A stretch of DNA of 50,840 nt, the filler included, from Mitosporidium daphniae (lineage: Eukaryota), in the NCBI RefSeq assembly GCF_000760515.2. It is 2 parts of 2 records of this genome, joined end to end, with 100 filler letters (N's around TTAATTAATTAA, not from the genome) between each part and the next. Parts side by side here need not be neighbours in the genome. Positions count along the whole stretch, not along the records: positions 25,581 to 50,840 come from NW_013546149.1; 1 more part is not named here. The stretch is one strand, 5' to 3'. Positions 37,416 to 49,718 of this stretch are shown here, piece by piece. A program made the translations under genes and the position numbers. The notes beneath the pieces were generated by a model. That model did no database searches. It was not told where the DNA came from and saw only the letters and a program-made list of their open reading frames with translations. How positions within the stretch are numbered: the stretch's first letter is position 1; every line of letters starts with the position of its first letter.

Positions 37416-37710
37416 CGAGCAGATATGCCAAAGTGGTGCTTCCAGATATTTTAGGCTGTCTCTAGCTTACGACGAAATTCGCTTTTGGCCATAGGCTCAT
37501 TTTCGTTGCTAAGATGAGGAGTAACCGAATTAAATTTAGGGAAAAGCGTGCGACATTCTAAAGTAGGAATTGAAAATTGAATTGCAATTTTGAAGTGCGT
37601 AAATTGGGGTTCCTTTGGGCCCATTCAAGATTGCAATGCATGAAGCAGATAATAAGGCAAATCTGTAGGGGGACATCCAGACTGGTGCCGGCCACTCATC
37701 ATGTAATTTA

Positions 37711-37771
37711 AAATGGCTGCATTTGTAAATCGGTGTATTTGTAAATGGCTGCATTTGTAAATGGCTGCATT
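37711..37771. repeat. 16-nt tandem repeat (about 3.8 copies) in a divergent promoter region
   Basis: aaatggctgcatttgt aaatcggtgtatttgt aaatggctgcatttgt aaatggctgcatt. Confidence 0.85.
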
Positions 37772-37820
37772 AAATTTAGTCTTGATGTGAAATTGATAGT
37801 TTGATTTTTTCAAATTAACC

Positions 37821-38796
37821 ATGCAATCCCTTAATTTGTTTTCTTTTGTGTGCCTTCTCTTCGTTGTGTTGCAATTGGCAGTTTCCGTTGCGACACAATT
37901 GACTCCAAACTTTGAAATCGTTGTTACCAGGGATGGCCTTCAGTCAGCCAGCCAAAGGTCGGTGTTTTGTTGTCTTATTTCGTAGAATTTCGAATTCCAA
38001 AATTTCCCAGCATCTGCTGGACCTCCAGGAAAAAAACATGCTAAAACTTACCATTGATTCGTTTTCTGTCCCCGACGTGCCAAAGAAGGATACCGTCTTC
38101 CATTACATCTGTGCACTTCGCGGCGAGCATGTTTTCAAATGTTTTCCCGGGACCCTGGAAAGCAAAAAGTATGCGTTTACAATTGTAAGATGACGAGCCG
38201 GCATTAACTTATCATCTTAGGATCCGGTGAAAGAATACTTTGTGTCTGGATCTTTTAATTTGGTGCTGTACTCCTCCTTCATCTCCATGCAGGACGGAAA
38301 GTCTCACATTTCGAATCAGTTCCAAACGGATCTTGGCAGGTTGGATATTTCTCGGAAAGCAGACCAAGCTACAATCAATGCCGACAGATTGTCTATGTTG
38401 GGGCCGAACGCATGGAGAGACTCGTGTGGCCCGCTTCCAGAAGTTGTATCAAGCGGAGAGCCAAAGTCCCCCCCAAAAGCAAGCACCTTGCTTTCTTTTG
38501 TTTTTGTGTTTTTAGTGATCGTTGTGCCTTGGGTTTCGCTACTTTATTTGGTAAGACGCGACCATCTTTTATGTTCTCGCTAGTGGAGGCAATCGAACAT
38601 TAACATGCACGGGATCTTCGATTTTTCGGCTCTTGGCTTTGTGTTTTTCCTTTCGTTTTTGGCATCCATTCTTTCACTGATGCTTGTCCTAGTCATCAAT
38701 TGGCTATGGCTGGATATCTTCACCACCTTAAAATACCTTTCGTTGTCAAGTTTTATTACAGCCTTTTCTGTGATCGGCATGGCATGCTCCGCATAA
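37821..38796 (+). CDS. SWP1: Oligosaccharyltransferase subunit Swp1/ribophorin II, 4 exons
   Basis: Signal peptide MQSLNLFSFVCLLFVVLQLAVS; GPLPEV...EPKSPP followed by 3 TMs ending W..LDIFTTLKYL. Introns at 37958-37985 (28 nt), 38185-38220 (36 nt) and 38551-38583 (33 nt). Confidence 0.8.
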
Positions 38797-38813
38797 GTCA
38801 TCAATAAACTAGA

Positions 38814-41287
38814 TTACACTTGACTCTGATTATCGACATACTTATTCACCAGATCTAGTAGACTCTCCGAGTTGGCTTGATTTTTATTTGAGGAGACAAG
38901 TCTTTTGCCTCTTGATCGCGATTTTGCGAGGTTGACACCAAAGCCCGCAGAAGTAGAGTTCATGTCCAGATGATCGCCCTCATCACATTGATCATCGGAA
39001 GACGATGACGATGTTATTCTTAATTTATACTCATCCTCAGGTGTGAATGGAGCAGACTCTGATCCTGCAAGAATAGAAAGCCCAATATTTCTTATGGGAG
39101 ACGTAACTGATAAGCCGCTTTGCGGATTTTTCGGCTTTGCATACGAGCCGAGTGGCGGCAGTTGCCTTGCCGGTTGCTTTTTAAGGGTCTTGGCACCGAA
39201 ATCAAGGAGCCGGCTAAGATACATCGTACCAGAGGGACCAGGTGTCCATTCGGGAAACTTTTCTTTGAAGTTGAGAAAGGATTTCTCCATCTTTCCATGC
39301 TCAGATTGAAAGTAGTGCATGTTTTGATTCTTTTTCGGCTCCGTTACGCATCCATACTAAAATTTAGACCCATTATGGCGGCAAAAACTTACCTTGGGAT
39401 TTCCATTTTTATAGAAATCAAAGAGGGCAAAAGAGCAAACATACCCGAGGCCGTCCACATGTACAGAAAAGTCCTTGAAAAAGCTAATGATTGCGGTTGA
39501 GCATTTTGGAAGCGAAAAGCACATGATGATGGGCGTCAAAACGATGCTTAGCATTTCGTGCAAAAAGATCGCAATTTTGTAGTGAAATAGCGACGAAAAC
39601 TCGTTTCTGACCGTTTTGGTGTGAAGCGCATTTTTCCAGTGCAACGGAAGGTACCTCAAGTGGAATGTCACTTTGTTGAGCAGCTCCTCTGGCTTGTATA
39701 TGATTGTTTCGTCGGGAATCAAATACCTGCAAAAGGCAACAAAGACACCCAATACACCGATATACCAAAGCATTGTTCTTCCCGTGGTGACTTCCAAATC
39801 CAATAAAAGGTCTTCCACCAAAAGACCCCATAATATCAACACAAAGGCCAAAGATCCGGCGACAAAGCCAAAAAATCTAGTGTTTCAATATTGCAACGCA
39901 ATTACTTGGCGGCAATTGCGACAAGATGGCCCGGGTACAACGAAGTGTATGTTTTTGCCGCCGAAAGGCTTTGATTGATGCGCTCATCAAAGAACGATTG
40001 CAGCTCATTCAACTCCCGAAATTGCCATAGCGCATAGGGGGTGTATTGGCGCGTTCCAAGCATTTTTGGATTGTGGTACAATTCCTAAAAGATAAAGCGC
40101 ACCACAAGTGACTACTTCTCCATAGCGAAAAATGAAATATACGCCCAAAAAGGCCAAGATGAACGGGCTTGCCAATAAGTTCATAAATGCCATGATGACA
40201 AAGCGCTTCCGAAGCTCCAGGGCCAGCTCGCTTACTTGCACGTTTTCGACAAACTTTTTTCTTATGTGGCCGTTTGAATCGAAAACAAACTGAAGAATGC
40301 AAATGGACAAGTTGATTTCCATCGTTTTGGTGAGCAGCGGCTGCGTACCAAAAACGACCGGAAATGGTGGATGAAGGTCCAAAATGTTCTTGTTCAGCAA
40401 AGAAAGAAAGTAGTTTTCCTTGCGTAATATCCTGTTTGCGATAACTAGCGTGTGAGATACACCAACGTGCGGTACCATGCGCATCTAGCTGCATTCCGGA
40501 AGGATCCAGCGGGAATTTGTCGTTTACCTCGATGACCTTTTTAATGATGTCTTGGATGGAAAGCGTTGCGAGGTCGCGATCTGGGATGTCCAGAAGATGA
40601 GTATATATGTCCCGTATCTTTACCAAGTCATTATACTCAAAGACGAGCTTCAGAATCTGCCAAATCCAATAGCTGATGAAGATGACAAAACATATGCCCC
40701 AAAAGAAAGAGATGTTGAGCATCCTATTGAGATGGATGAAATTTATCAATTTCCGATGGCGTATGTCGGAGCTGGAATCCGGGTTCAACAGACACTTATA
40801 ATCAATGCAATTGAGCAAAAACAGGAAGAAGATCACAATGAACCCAATGGTGAACACAGAGCAGATGCGCTGGAAAAGCATCACCTTAAAGCCCTTGCCC
40901 TTGTAATAGTCGTATATCTAGGGATATGCAGGCAATCTTAACCTGGATCAGCAACTGGTCGATGTTCAAGGTACTTTGCCACAATTGCAGGGCCTTTTTT
41001 CTTCCAATGCTCGCATGCGTTGCATCGATCGCATCTCCGTGCTGCACGTTCGCCGCATCTGCATTTGCAAGAAGCCTCTTGGAATGGTAAGGCACCGATT
41101 TTGGCGACCTTTTATTTTTCAAGTTCTTCATTTCAACGAGCAGAGACGAGGAAAGTATATCGTCGTTCGAATTTCCGGCAAAGTAGTTGGCCGGGTTGTT
41201 CTGGTTTAGAGGCGTTGTCTCCGAGATAAAATCAAAGTTAATGGAGGAAGAATCAGAGTCCTCGTTAAAGGAGGCACCGTTGTGCAT
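38814..41287 (-). CDS. ATG9: Autophagy protein Atg9 (lipid scramblase), 6 exons
   Basis: NIDQLLIQIYDYYKGKGF, LDAH.IANRILRKENY, LTKTME, RQYTPYALWQFRELNEL, FFKDFSVHVDGLGYVCSFA, HGKMEKSFLNF...PEW. Introns at 40918-40942, 40445-40475, 40085-40115, 39877-39905 and 39357-39392. Confidence 0.95.
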
Positions 41288-41401
41288 TCAGTTGGAAATT
41301 ACAAAATTGTAATCAGCCGCAATTGGTAGAATACATCCATCAAAACCATCAAAATAAGTTTTCTTTGATCATAAGTGGAGCTTATTTAAAATTAATTTTA
41401 A

Positions 41402-42184
41402 ATGCCTCATATTTCGCCAAAGACCATCATCATCTTGGGGGGCAGTGGATTCCTTGGAAGACACATTTGCGAGCTTGGGTCGTCCCTTGGCCACAAGATG
41501 ATCTCGTTGTCCAGATCTGGAGGCCCCGACACATCTTGTGCCGCAAATGCGGTCGAATGGAGGAAATTTGACATTTTCGATGCAATGCCCGACTCGTGTG
41601 TCAATGTCGACCAGCTGGATGCCGGCGTGAAAGACATCTTTTCCAATGCCGATGCGGTGATCCATTCGATGGGCATTTTGTTTGAACCCAGCTTCTTTGA
41701 CTACAAAAAGATCCTCAATTGCAATGCCTCACAACTGACATCTACTAAAGACACCTATGAGCTAATAAATAGAGATTCGGCGCTCAAACTTGCCATGCTT
41801 GCATACCAGTTTCCATCTATAAAGACGTTTGCGTTTGTATCGGCGTGTCATGCTTCTTTCCCCTTCATCCCAGCGCGGTATCTTTCCGCAAAAATTGAGG
41901 CAGAAAAGGGAGTCTCCTCATTAGACCGCTTCAGGACCTTGATATTCAGACCTGGAATGATATCTTCGCCAGATCGACCAATAACTGCCGTCGCATCCTC
42001 TCTTTCAACATTGTTTCGTTCGATTCCCATATTACCAGATATGTGCCCAAGTTGGGCTAAGGCTGAACCTTTGCCTGCCACCGCCGTGGCAAAGGCCATC
42101 ATATGCGCAATCGATGCTGATGGAACGACGCCCAGTACCGAAATCTTTGAAATCGACGATATCAAGCAAGATGTTGGCCATTAA
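41402..42184 (+). CDS. COQ11: Atypical SDR/NAD(P)-binding Rossmann protein, Coq11 (YLR290C)-like, probably mitochondrial
   Basis: GGSGFLG, SLSRSG, DAVIHSMGILFE, Y..INRDSA, FAFVSA, PARYLSAKIEAE, RPG. Confidence 0.75.
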   Translation: MPHISPKTIIILGGSGFLGRHICELGSSLGHKMISLSRSGGPDTSCAANAVEWRKFDIFDAMPDSCVNVDQLDAGVKDIFSNADAVIHSMGILFEPSFFDYKKILNCNASQLTSTKDTYELINRDSALKLAMLAYQFPSIKTFAFVSACHASFPFIPARYLSAKIEAEKGVSSLDRFRTLIFRPGMISSPDRPITAVASSLSTLFRSIPILPDMCPSWAKAEPLPATAVAKAIICAIDADGTTPSTEIFEIDDIKQDVGH

Positions 42185-42278
42185 TTTACGTTGTTTTATT
42201 TTTTAAATACAAATATTGAGATCGATCGCCAGCCGCGTTCCTCACTTAGTGTGGGGGTGGGGCGAGGGGTTAGGAGGG

Positions 42279-44249
<1,971 letters not shown>

Positions 44250-44303
44250 CAGCAAAAAGTAAATTAATAATCAAAATAAAATATAAATTTCCACAATTTA
44301 AAC

Positions 44304-47231
44304 ATGAAGCATGTTCCCCAAGTCTGTTTGACGCTGTTGTTTTTCCTGCTGTCTATTTATCTTTTTGTGTGTAGCCTTTTTAGAATTAGAAAAATCTTAA
44401 ACCATGAGTCTACGATGCTCGGGCCTGAACACAATACCATCTTTGACCAGTTATATTTTGAAATTTATGGAGACCACCAAGAGATAATTTTAAAATTCAA
44501 CCCCATTAATGCAGCAATGTCCAAATATGGCATGGGTCCTCTTCCTGTGATCGGTGGGTTTAATGATGCTGGAGATTCTTGGCTTCCATCAAGATTCAAC
44601 AGATCAATTTTGTACCTAATTGATGCCATGAGATTTGATTTTACCATTCCCATTGAGGATGATGCTTTAAGAAATGCAAACTTTCACAATCGCCTACCGG
44701 CTCTCAACGACTCTGATGGCAACTTTTCGTTTTACCAATCGATTTTTATCTCCGATCCGCCCACAACATCGCAGCAAAGAGTTACTTCAATAGCGTCTGG
44801 CTCATTGCCAAATTTTATCGAGGCCGCCTTTAACTTTGCAATGATCGAAAGCGTTCAAGATAACTTTTTGAAACAGGCAAAAGCCGTGCTCGGGCCAAAA
44901 GCAATATATTTCTTTGGAGATTCAATCTGGACTAGCCTATTCCCTTCCATCCTATCAAACGATACCGATAAAACAGGGGCCGAGAGGACTTTGCATGAGT
45001 TTGAGCAAAAAAACGTCCATGCCGACTATTCATTCCACATCTACGATTTAGACACCGTCGATAGGAATATCATTAAAAGGGTCGGTCCATTTCTAAACAA
45101 TCACATGGTCTCCGATACGTCGCCATTTATGCTTATATGTCATTTTCTTGGCGTCGATCATTGCGGCCACAAACATGGGCCAAATTCAAGGTTTATGTCC
45201 GATAAATTGGATGAGATAAACTCCTTCATTGATTTTACCAAATCGCGGCTTGATCAGTCTACTCTTTTCTATATTTTTGGCGATCACGGGATGACCGATA
45301 ACGGAGAGCATGGGGGTTCTTCTTTAAAGGAAATAGCGGCCGGGTTGACAATGTTCTCTCGAAGCCCGTTGAATATCCTCAATTGCATTGAAAAGGCTCT
45401 GTATGGTGTTCCTGAGCACTGCCCATTATTTGGTGCGTTGCAACTTGAATTTGAGTCTTTGAAGGGATTTTTTAACAAATTGAACACCATCAAACACTCG
45501 ACCTTTGTGGAGTATGACTTTCTTGGATTGTCCAAATTCATTCCAATATCATCGAAAATGGACAAGGTTTCTCAAGTGGATTTTGGCGTCAATCTTTGCC
45601 TACTAATGGGACTTCCCATCCCATATTCATCTCTTGGAATAGTTATCCCAGAATTATATTTTGCTGTAGACCCGTTTTCGGTTTTTTGTTGTGCCGAAAT
45701 TTCAACGGTTCAACTGCAAGTTTTATTGAGGAAATTTCGGGTTCAGAATGGTCTGTTTTTATTGAGAGTGGTTCGGTTGAACCTGCTCTCCGTGATTCGC
45801 TATTACCGAACGCTAGAATCGCCACAAAGCTTACACACAGGTTCGATTGTTGGTCAAATGATGTCTCAATTTGAGAAATATGAATGCGCTCTTATGGATG
45901 ATGAGCAAGATTTACACCTGCACTATGAAAAGGTAGAGGACTATATTGTTGCGTATATGACTATGTTATGCACACTAGTTATCAAGGGGCGGTCCTCTTG
46001 GGCGCATCAAAATGAATTTATGTTGCTGTTTTCGATTTTTGTTCTTTTTGTTGCCTTGGTTTTCGTACTGACCTTGGGGGTTAAAAGATCGCTTTTAAAG
46101 GCCGGTGTGGAGCGGTGGATAAGCATTCCCAACCTTGCCGTGTGCTCGATCCTAGTGTTGCATGGAGTTTCTTACTTTTCCAACAGCTTTATTATTTACG
46201 AGTATGACATTGTACGCTATGTGTTGTCCTCTTTTTTTCTTTCCCTGTTTTTTTATAGACTCAAAAGCTCCGCCCGCTTGTCTCTCTCCGATTCATACAC
46301 CCTTCTAAAGGTGCTTGCTATACTCAAGCTGTCTTACTATTTTGGTGCATGCAGAGAGGAACAGGACCTTTGCCGCTACATTTCAAGAGATTTTGTTGAT
46401 AGCCTTTCGTCTCAATATCCTGGGCTCGTTGTTTTTGCTTTCTTTCTGTGTTTTGTGGTTTCAATTTCATTGTGCCGAAGATTATTTCCGCTTCCAACGC
46501 CACATTTTCTTAACCTCGCTTTTGCTTCGCTTTTGATATTTGTACGATGGACATGCATGCTGATGCTAGAAAATCTCCACTTGCACGACAACCCAAAAAC
46601 GGCGTACATTTTATCTTTGCTGGTAGCCAACATCCCGAAACTTGTATATTCCAACTTCTTTGTTGGTCTTTTGGTGTTCAGCGCTCTCAAAGTATTGTGT
46701 TTTTTGCCAATTGTTTTCATATTGCTCCGGCCTACATTTGGGGCTTTTACTATGCTGTCAACGCTATTTTTGGTGGATGCCCTTGAACTTGCTGATCCCC
46801 GACATGTGCCTACAGCATTCAAATGTGTCCTTCTTTTCTTTTCCTCGATTTTTGTCTTTTTTACATCGGGACATCAATTTTCTTTTTCAACCATCCAATG
46901 GGAAGTGTCTTTTTATGGCTTTCTTGATCCCAGCCATTGTGTGGCAGGGCTTTTCATCTTCATCAACGTATTTGGGCCTTCCATGCTTGTATATTGTTTA
47001 TCACACGATCCCAAAGACGATTTGACCAATTTCGATTTTTTTCTTCTGTCCTGCCTGATGCTTATGATTTCTTGCTTCCTATTTAGACAACACTTGATGC
47101 TTTGGGCAGTGTTTGCTCCAAAATTAATTTTTATTCTTCTATTTACGCTCGTTTTTGGCGTTCTATCCCTGTTCAAGGACACTTCATTTCTTGCAAAAAG
47201 CACCGAACAGCAAGGGGAAATTGGCTATTAG
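44304..47231 (+). CDS. GPI13: GPI ethanolamine phosphate transferase 3 (Gpi13/PIG-O)
   Basis: IDAMRFDF, DPPTTSQQRV, HFLGVDHCGHKHGP, GDHGMT..GEHGG, CREEQ, FFTSGHQ...IQW, RQHLMLWAVFAPK; multiple C-terminal TMs; single 975-aa ORF. Confidence 0.93.
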   Translation: MKHVPQVCLTLLFFLLSIYLFVCSLFRIRKILNHESTMLGPEHNTIFDQLYFEIYGDHQEIILKFNPINAAMSKYGMGPLPVIGGFNDAGDSWLPSRFNRSILYLIDAMRFDFTIPIEDDALRNANFHNRLPALNDSDGNFSFYQSIFISDPPTTSQQRVTSIASGSLPNFIEAAFNFAMIESVQDNFLKQAKAVLGPKAIYFFGDSIWTSLFPSILSNDTDKTGAERTLHEFEQKNVHADYSFHIYDLDTVDRNIIKRVGPFLNNHMVSDTSPFMLICHFLGVDHCGHKHGPNSRFMSDKLDEINSFIDFTKSRLDQSTLFYIFGDHGMTDNGEHGGSSLKEIAAGLTMFSRSPLNILNCIEKALYGVPEHCPLFGALQLEFESLKGFFNKLNTIKHSTFVEYDFLGLSKFIPISSKMDKVSQVDFGVNLCLLMGLPIPYSSLGIVIPELYFAVDPFSVFCCAEISTVQLQVLLRKFRVQNGLFLLRVVRLNLLSVIRYYRTLESPQSLHTGSIVGQMMSQFEKYECALMDDEQDLHLHYEKVEDYIVAYMTMLCTLVIKGRSSWAHQNEFMLLFSIFVLFVALVFVLTLGVKRSLLKAGVERWISIPNLAVCSILVLHGVSYFSNSFIIYEYDIVRYVLSSFFLSLFFYRLKSSARLSLSDSYTLLKVLAILKLSYYFGACREEQDLCRYISRDFVDSLSSQYPGLVVFAFFLCFVVSISLCRRLFPLPTPHFLNLAFASLLIFVRWTCMLMLENLHLHDNPKTAYILSLLVANIPKLVYSNFFVGLLVFSALKVLCFLPIVFILLRPTFGAFTMLSTLFLVDALELADPRHVPTAFKCVLLFFSSIFVFFTSGHQFSFSTIQWEVSFYGFLDPSHCVAGLFIFINVFGPSMLVYCLSHDPKDDLTNFDFFLLSCLMLMISCFLFRQHLMLWAVFAPKLIFILLFTLVFGVLSLFKDTSFLAKSTEQQGEIGY

Positions 47232-48759
47232 GTCTTTTGTGATCACCTGCTCCATGCTCATATCCTTCCCTATTCCCGTAGAAATGGCCCCCAGTTTTGT
47301 GTCGTTTTTTCTTATGATCACTTTTCCCGCAATACGGGAAATCTTGGACAAATCATCTCCAGAAGGCTCTTCACCATTCCAAAATTGATATATGTGTCCA
47401 ATAAATTTTGATAGCGTAACGCCATGTTCCATCGGCAGATTGTTGATCGTCTTTGTAATAAGCCCTAATCTTATATCTTCCTCCCGGCGGTAGGCAATCG
47501 CATCCAATTCCGGATGTGTGATGAATGGAAATAGCGGCTCGGGAAGGTCTGAAAAGAATTTCAACACAATGCCAGCTAAAATGGGTGGGCTCTGCGTTTC
47601 AAGAATCGAAGCTAAAACAAAAATAACACAACCGGGCGTTACGTCCCTCAGCTTCAAACTTGATGCCCACCGCATCTACAATGGCGGCATCGGAACATGA
47701 ACAGAGATAATCATTCAAACTCCCTAGTTTCTCAATTTCAAGGGGATTACCGTTTTTTTCAATTAGCTTAAAGCAAGCCTGGAGTATGGCTGGATATTGT
47801 TCATCCCTCCAGGCAAGTAGATCAATCAAAAACACCCCAAACGAAAGGTCTTCAAATTAGACGTCATATCCATACATTTCAATTGCCCAGCAACAGGGTG
47901 TTCAATCGTCACCATCTCTGGAATCGTAGATTTAGGTCTACACTTGTCCGAATCAAGAGAAAACTCTCCCAAATCACCGGTTGAGCTCGTTGATGAGCTT
48001 GTAAGAAGCTTGAAATTTATCAAGCCGCCGCATACCTTAAACAGGGCATCGACAAAAGAAAATTGATTTTCAACTAATTGGTGATGATTAAATGATTCCC
48101 TCAAACCTAGATACTGGAAAGCAGCTTTCAACAGCTGAGATCTTGATTTGCCAAACTCAGAAAGAAGCTTTTCGTTTAGTTGAATCAATCTTACTTGGTT
48201 GGCCTTTGCAAGTAGCGCTATTTGGGCTGCCCTTCTCTTTCCAAAACTCCCCATTTGGATACGCAGGTCCTTCTAAACATAATCACCAAGACAATTACTT
48301 CTGTTTGCCCCATCATATTTTCGAAATAATTTTCCTTAAATAAGGAGAGCAGCTACGATGAGCATTGGGCAGTACCTTTGACACACAATCTCTTCTTTCG
48401 TTAAATTCGGCCTCAGAGTTATTCAAATCAAGCATAATGATATTGATCTGTGTAGCCTGTTCCAAAAGATCGACTCTAAAAAGCTTCAATATTACAACAT
48501 TAAATTCTTCAAGAAACTTTTTCCTTAGCTCAATGATTGCTTTGTAGGAATCGAAAATCGACGTACACTTTCCATCATCTCTCAAATGCTGATACCTTGA
48601 AAGAAGCACACTCATCCCAGATAAGTACTCCAATTCAAGGACATAGCTAAAGGTAAGCTAAAAAATGTACTGATTATTTAAAAAATTATAAAGCTCATTC
48701 GTTTCTGGAAGTATGCTGAGATCGATTTCCTGCAAAGTGGAGTCTAAAATATTAATCAT
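47184..48759 (-). CDS. Protein with an N-terminal coiled-coil (BAR-like?) region and a C-terminal RhoGAP-fold domain, about 8 exons
   Basis: FGVFLIDLL...YPAILQACFKLIEKNG, AGIVLKFFSDLPEPLFP, INNLP.EH..TL. Inferred introns at 48647-48670, 48353-48375, 48273-48298, 48009-48035, 47850-47875, 47724-47750 and 47612-47642. Confidence 0.75.
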
Positions 48760-48992
48760 TGGTTAAAAATTCGGTGATCAATTTTTTTCCAATTTCACGG
48801 TCAGATTGTAAAATTCGGAAAGGACTCGACCCCTGCAATGTGATTGGCCCCTTTAGCGTCCGGTTGAAACTTGGTTCTTTCGGCACCAATGCCAAGCTTC
48901 GTTAACTTCTACTGGGTGTGTAAGTTTACCAGTCTTGAAAGTTGCCTGCTATATTTATCAATGTCCCTATGCAGATTCAGTAGTTTCTTTAA

Positions 48993-49672
48993 ATGAGCTC
49001 ATCAAAACTCTGTTTATATATATATGCATATTGCTCTCTTATGTTGATCTATTCGCTATTCTTTCTGACTTCACAAGTAGCTTGCAGTTCCATCATAAAA
49101 GATTCTCATCTAGATCTGCCTTCAAGCAAGGTAATTTCAGGAAATCTGGGCATAATGACAGACGGCAATATGGACAGGGTATTGAATTTATTATTCTTAA
49201 TCACTAGCTTCTTAAAGAGAGCAAGGTTTCAGGTATCCTTATCTACAGTGAAAATTGCAATTCTTGTCTCACGCCACTAATAGTAAAAATCCTTCACTGA
49301 TTACTAATAATATAGGAATTTAGCAAGGCTTCGAAAGCTCTGGAAGACGACGAAAAGATAAAAATGTATGCAATGGACAGTAAAACAGGAAAAAAGCTTG
49401 TGAAACTTGCGTGTATCGATAAGGTTCCGACTGTATTGGTGCATAGAATTGGCGATGGATTTATTGCTTATCCTCATGACTTTCCGTTTAGTGAAAAAAA
49501 ATTTGTCGAATTTTTAAGCAAGATAGCATGCATGGGTTATGATGAGGGACAGACGAATTGGCTCAAATATGTTCTTCCCGGTGTCGCTACGTTTGTGATC
49601 CCTGTTCCAGCGAATTGTGCCGGCATCACAATTCCCCTAGGTGACCCTACCACCGAGACTAATAGAGCATAA
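48993..49672 (+). CDS. Signal-peptide-bearing single thioredoxin-fold protein with CNSC motif, 3 exons
   Basis: Removing introns 49179-49207 (29 nt) and 49283-49315 (33 nt) gives ...MTDGNMDRLLKESKVSGILIYSENCNSCLTPLIEFSKASKALE...IKMYAMDS...IDKVPTVLV, i.e. CxxC plus a cis-Pro-type VPT motif. Confidence 0.75.
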
Positions 49673-49718
49673 ACTAGAGTAAAACCTAACCCTAAATAAA
49701 CTTCAATGTGTCATCGTT

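Noticed and set aside
11931..41320. Recurrent AGCCGC motif (URS1-like) at 11931, 25879 and 41315
   Set aside because: Only a 6-mer, and it also occurs between convergent genes (34482, 42231); not supportable without genome-wide statistics.
48790..48945. Hairpins (ACTGG/CCAGT; GAAACTTGG/CCAAGCTTC) with faint U1- or RNase P-like words in a divergent promoter
   Set aside because: No complete diagnostic motif set for any snRNA, SRP or RNase P/MRP; short stems like these can occur by chance.
49685..49695. CTAACCCTAA as a possible telomerase RNA template
   Set aside because: It lies in a 46-nt gap between convergent genes with no room for a telomerase RNA; treated as a telobox instead.
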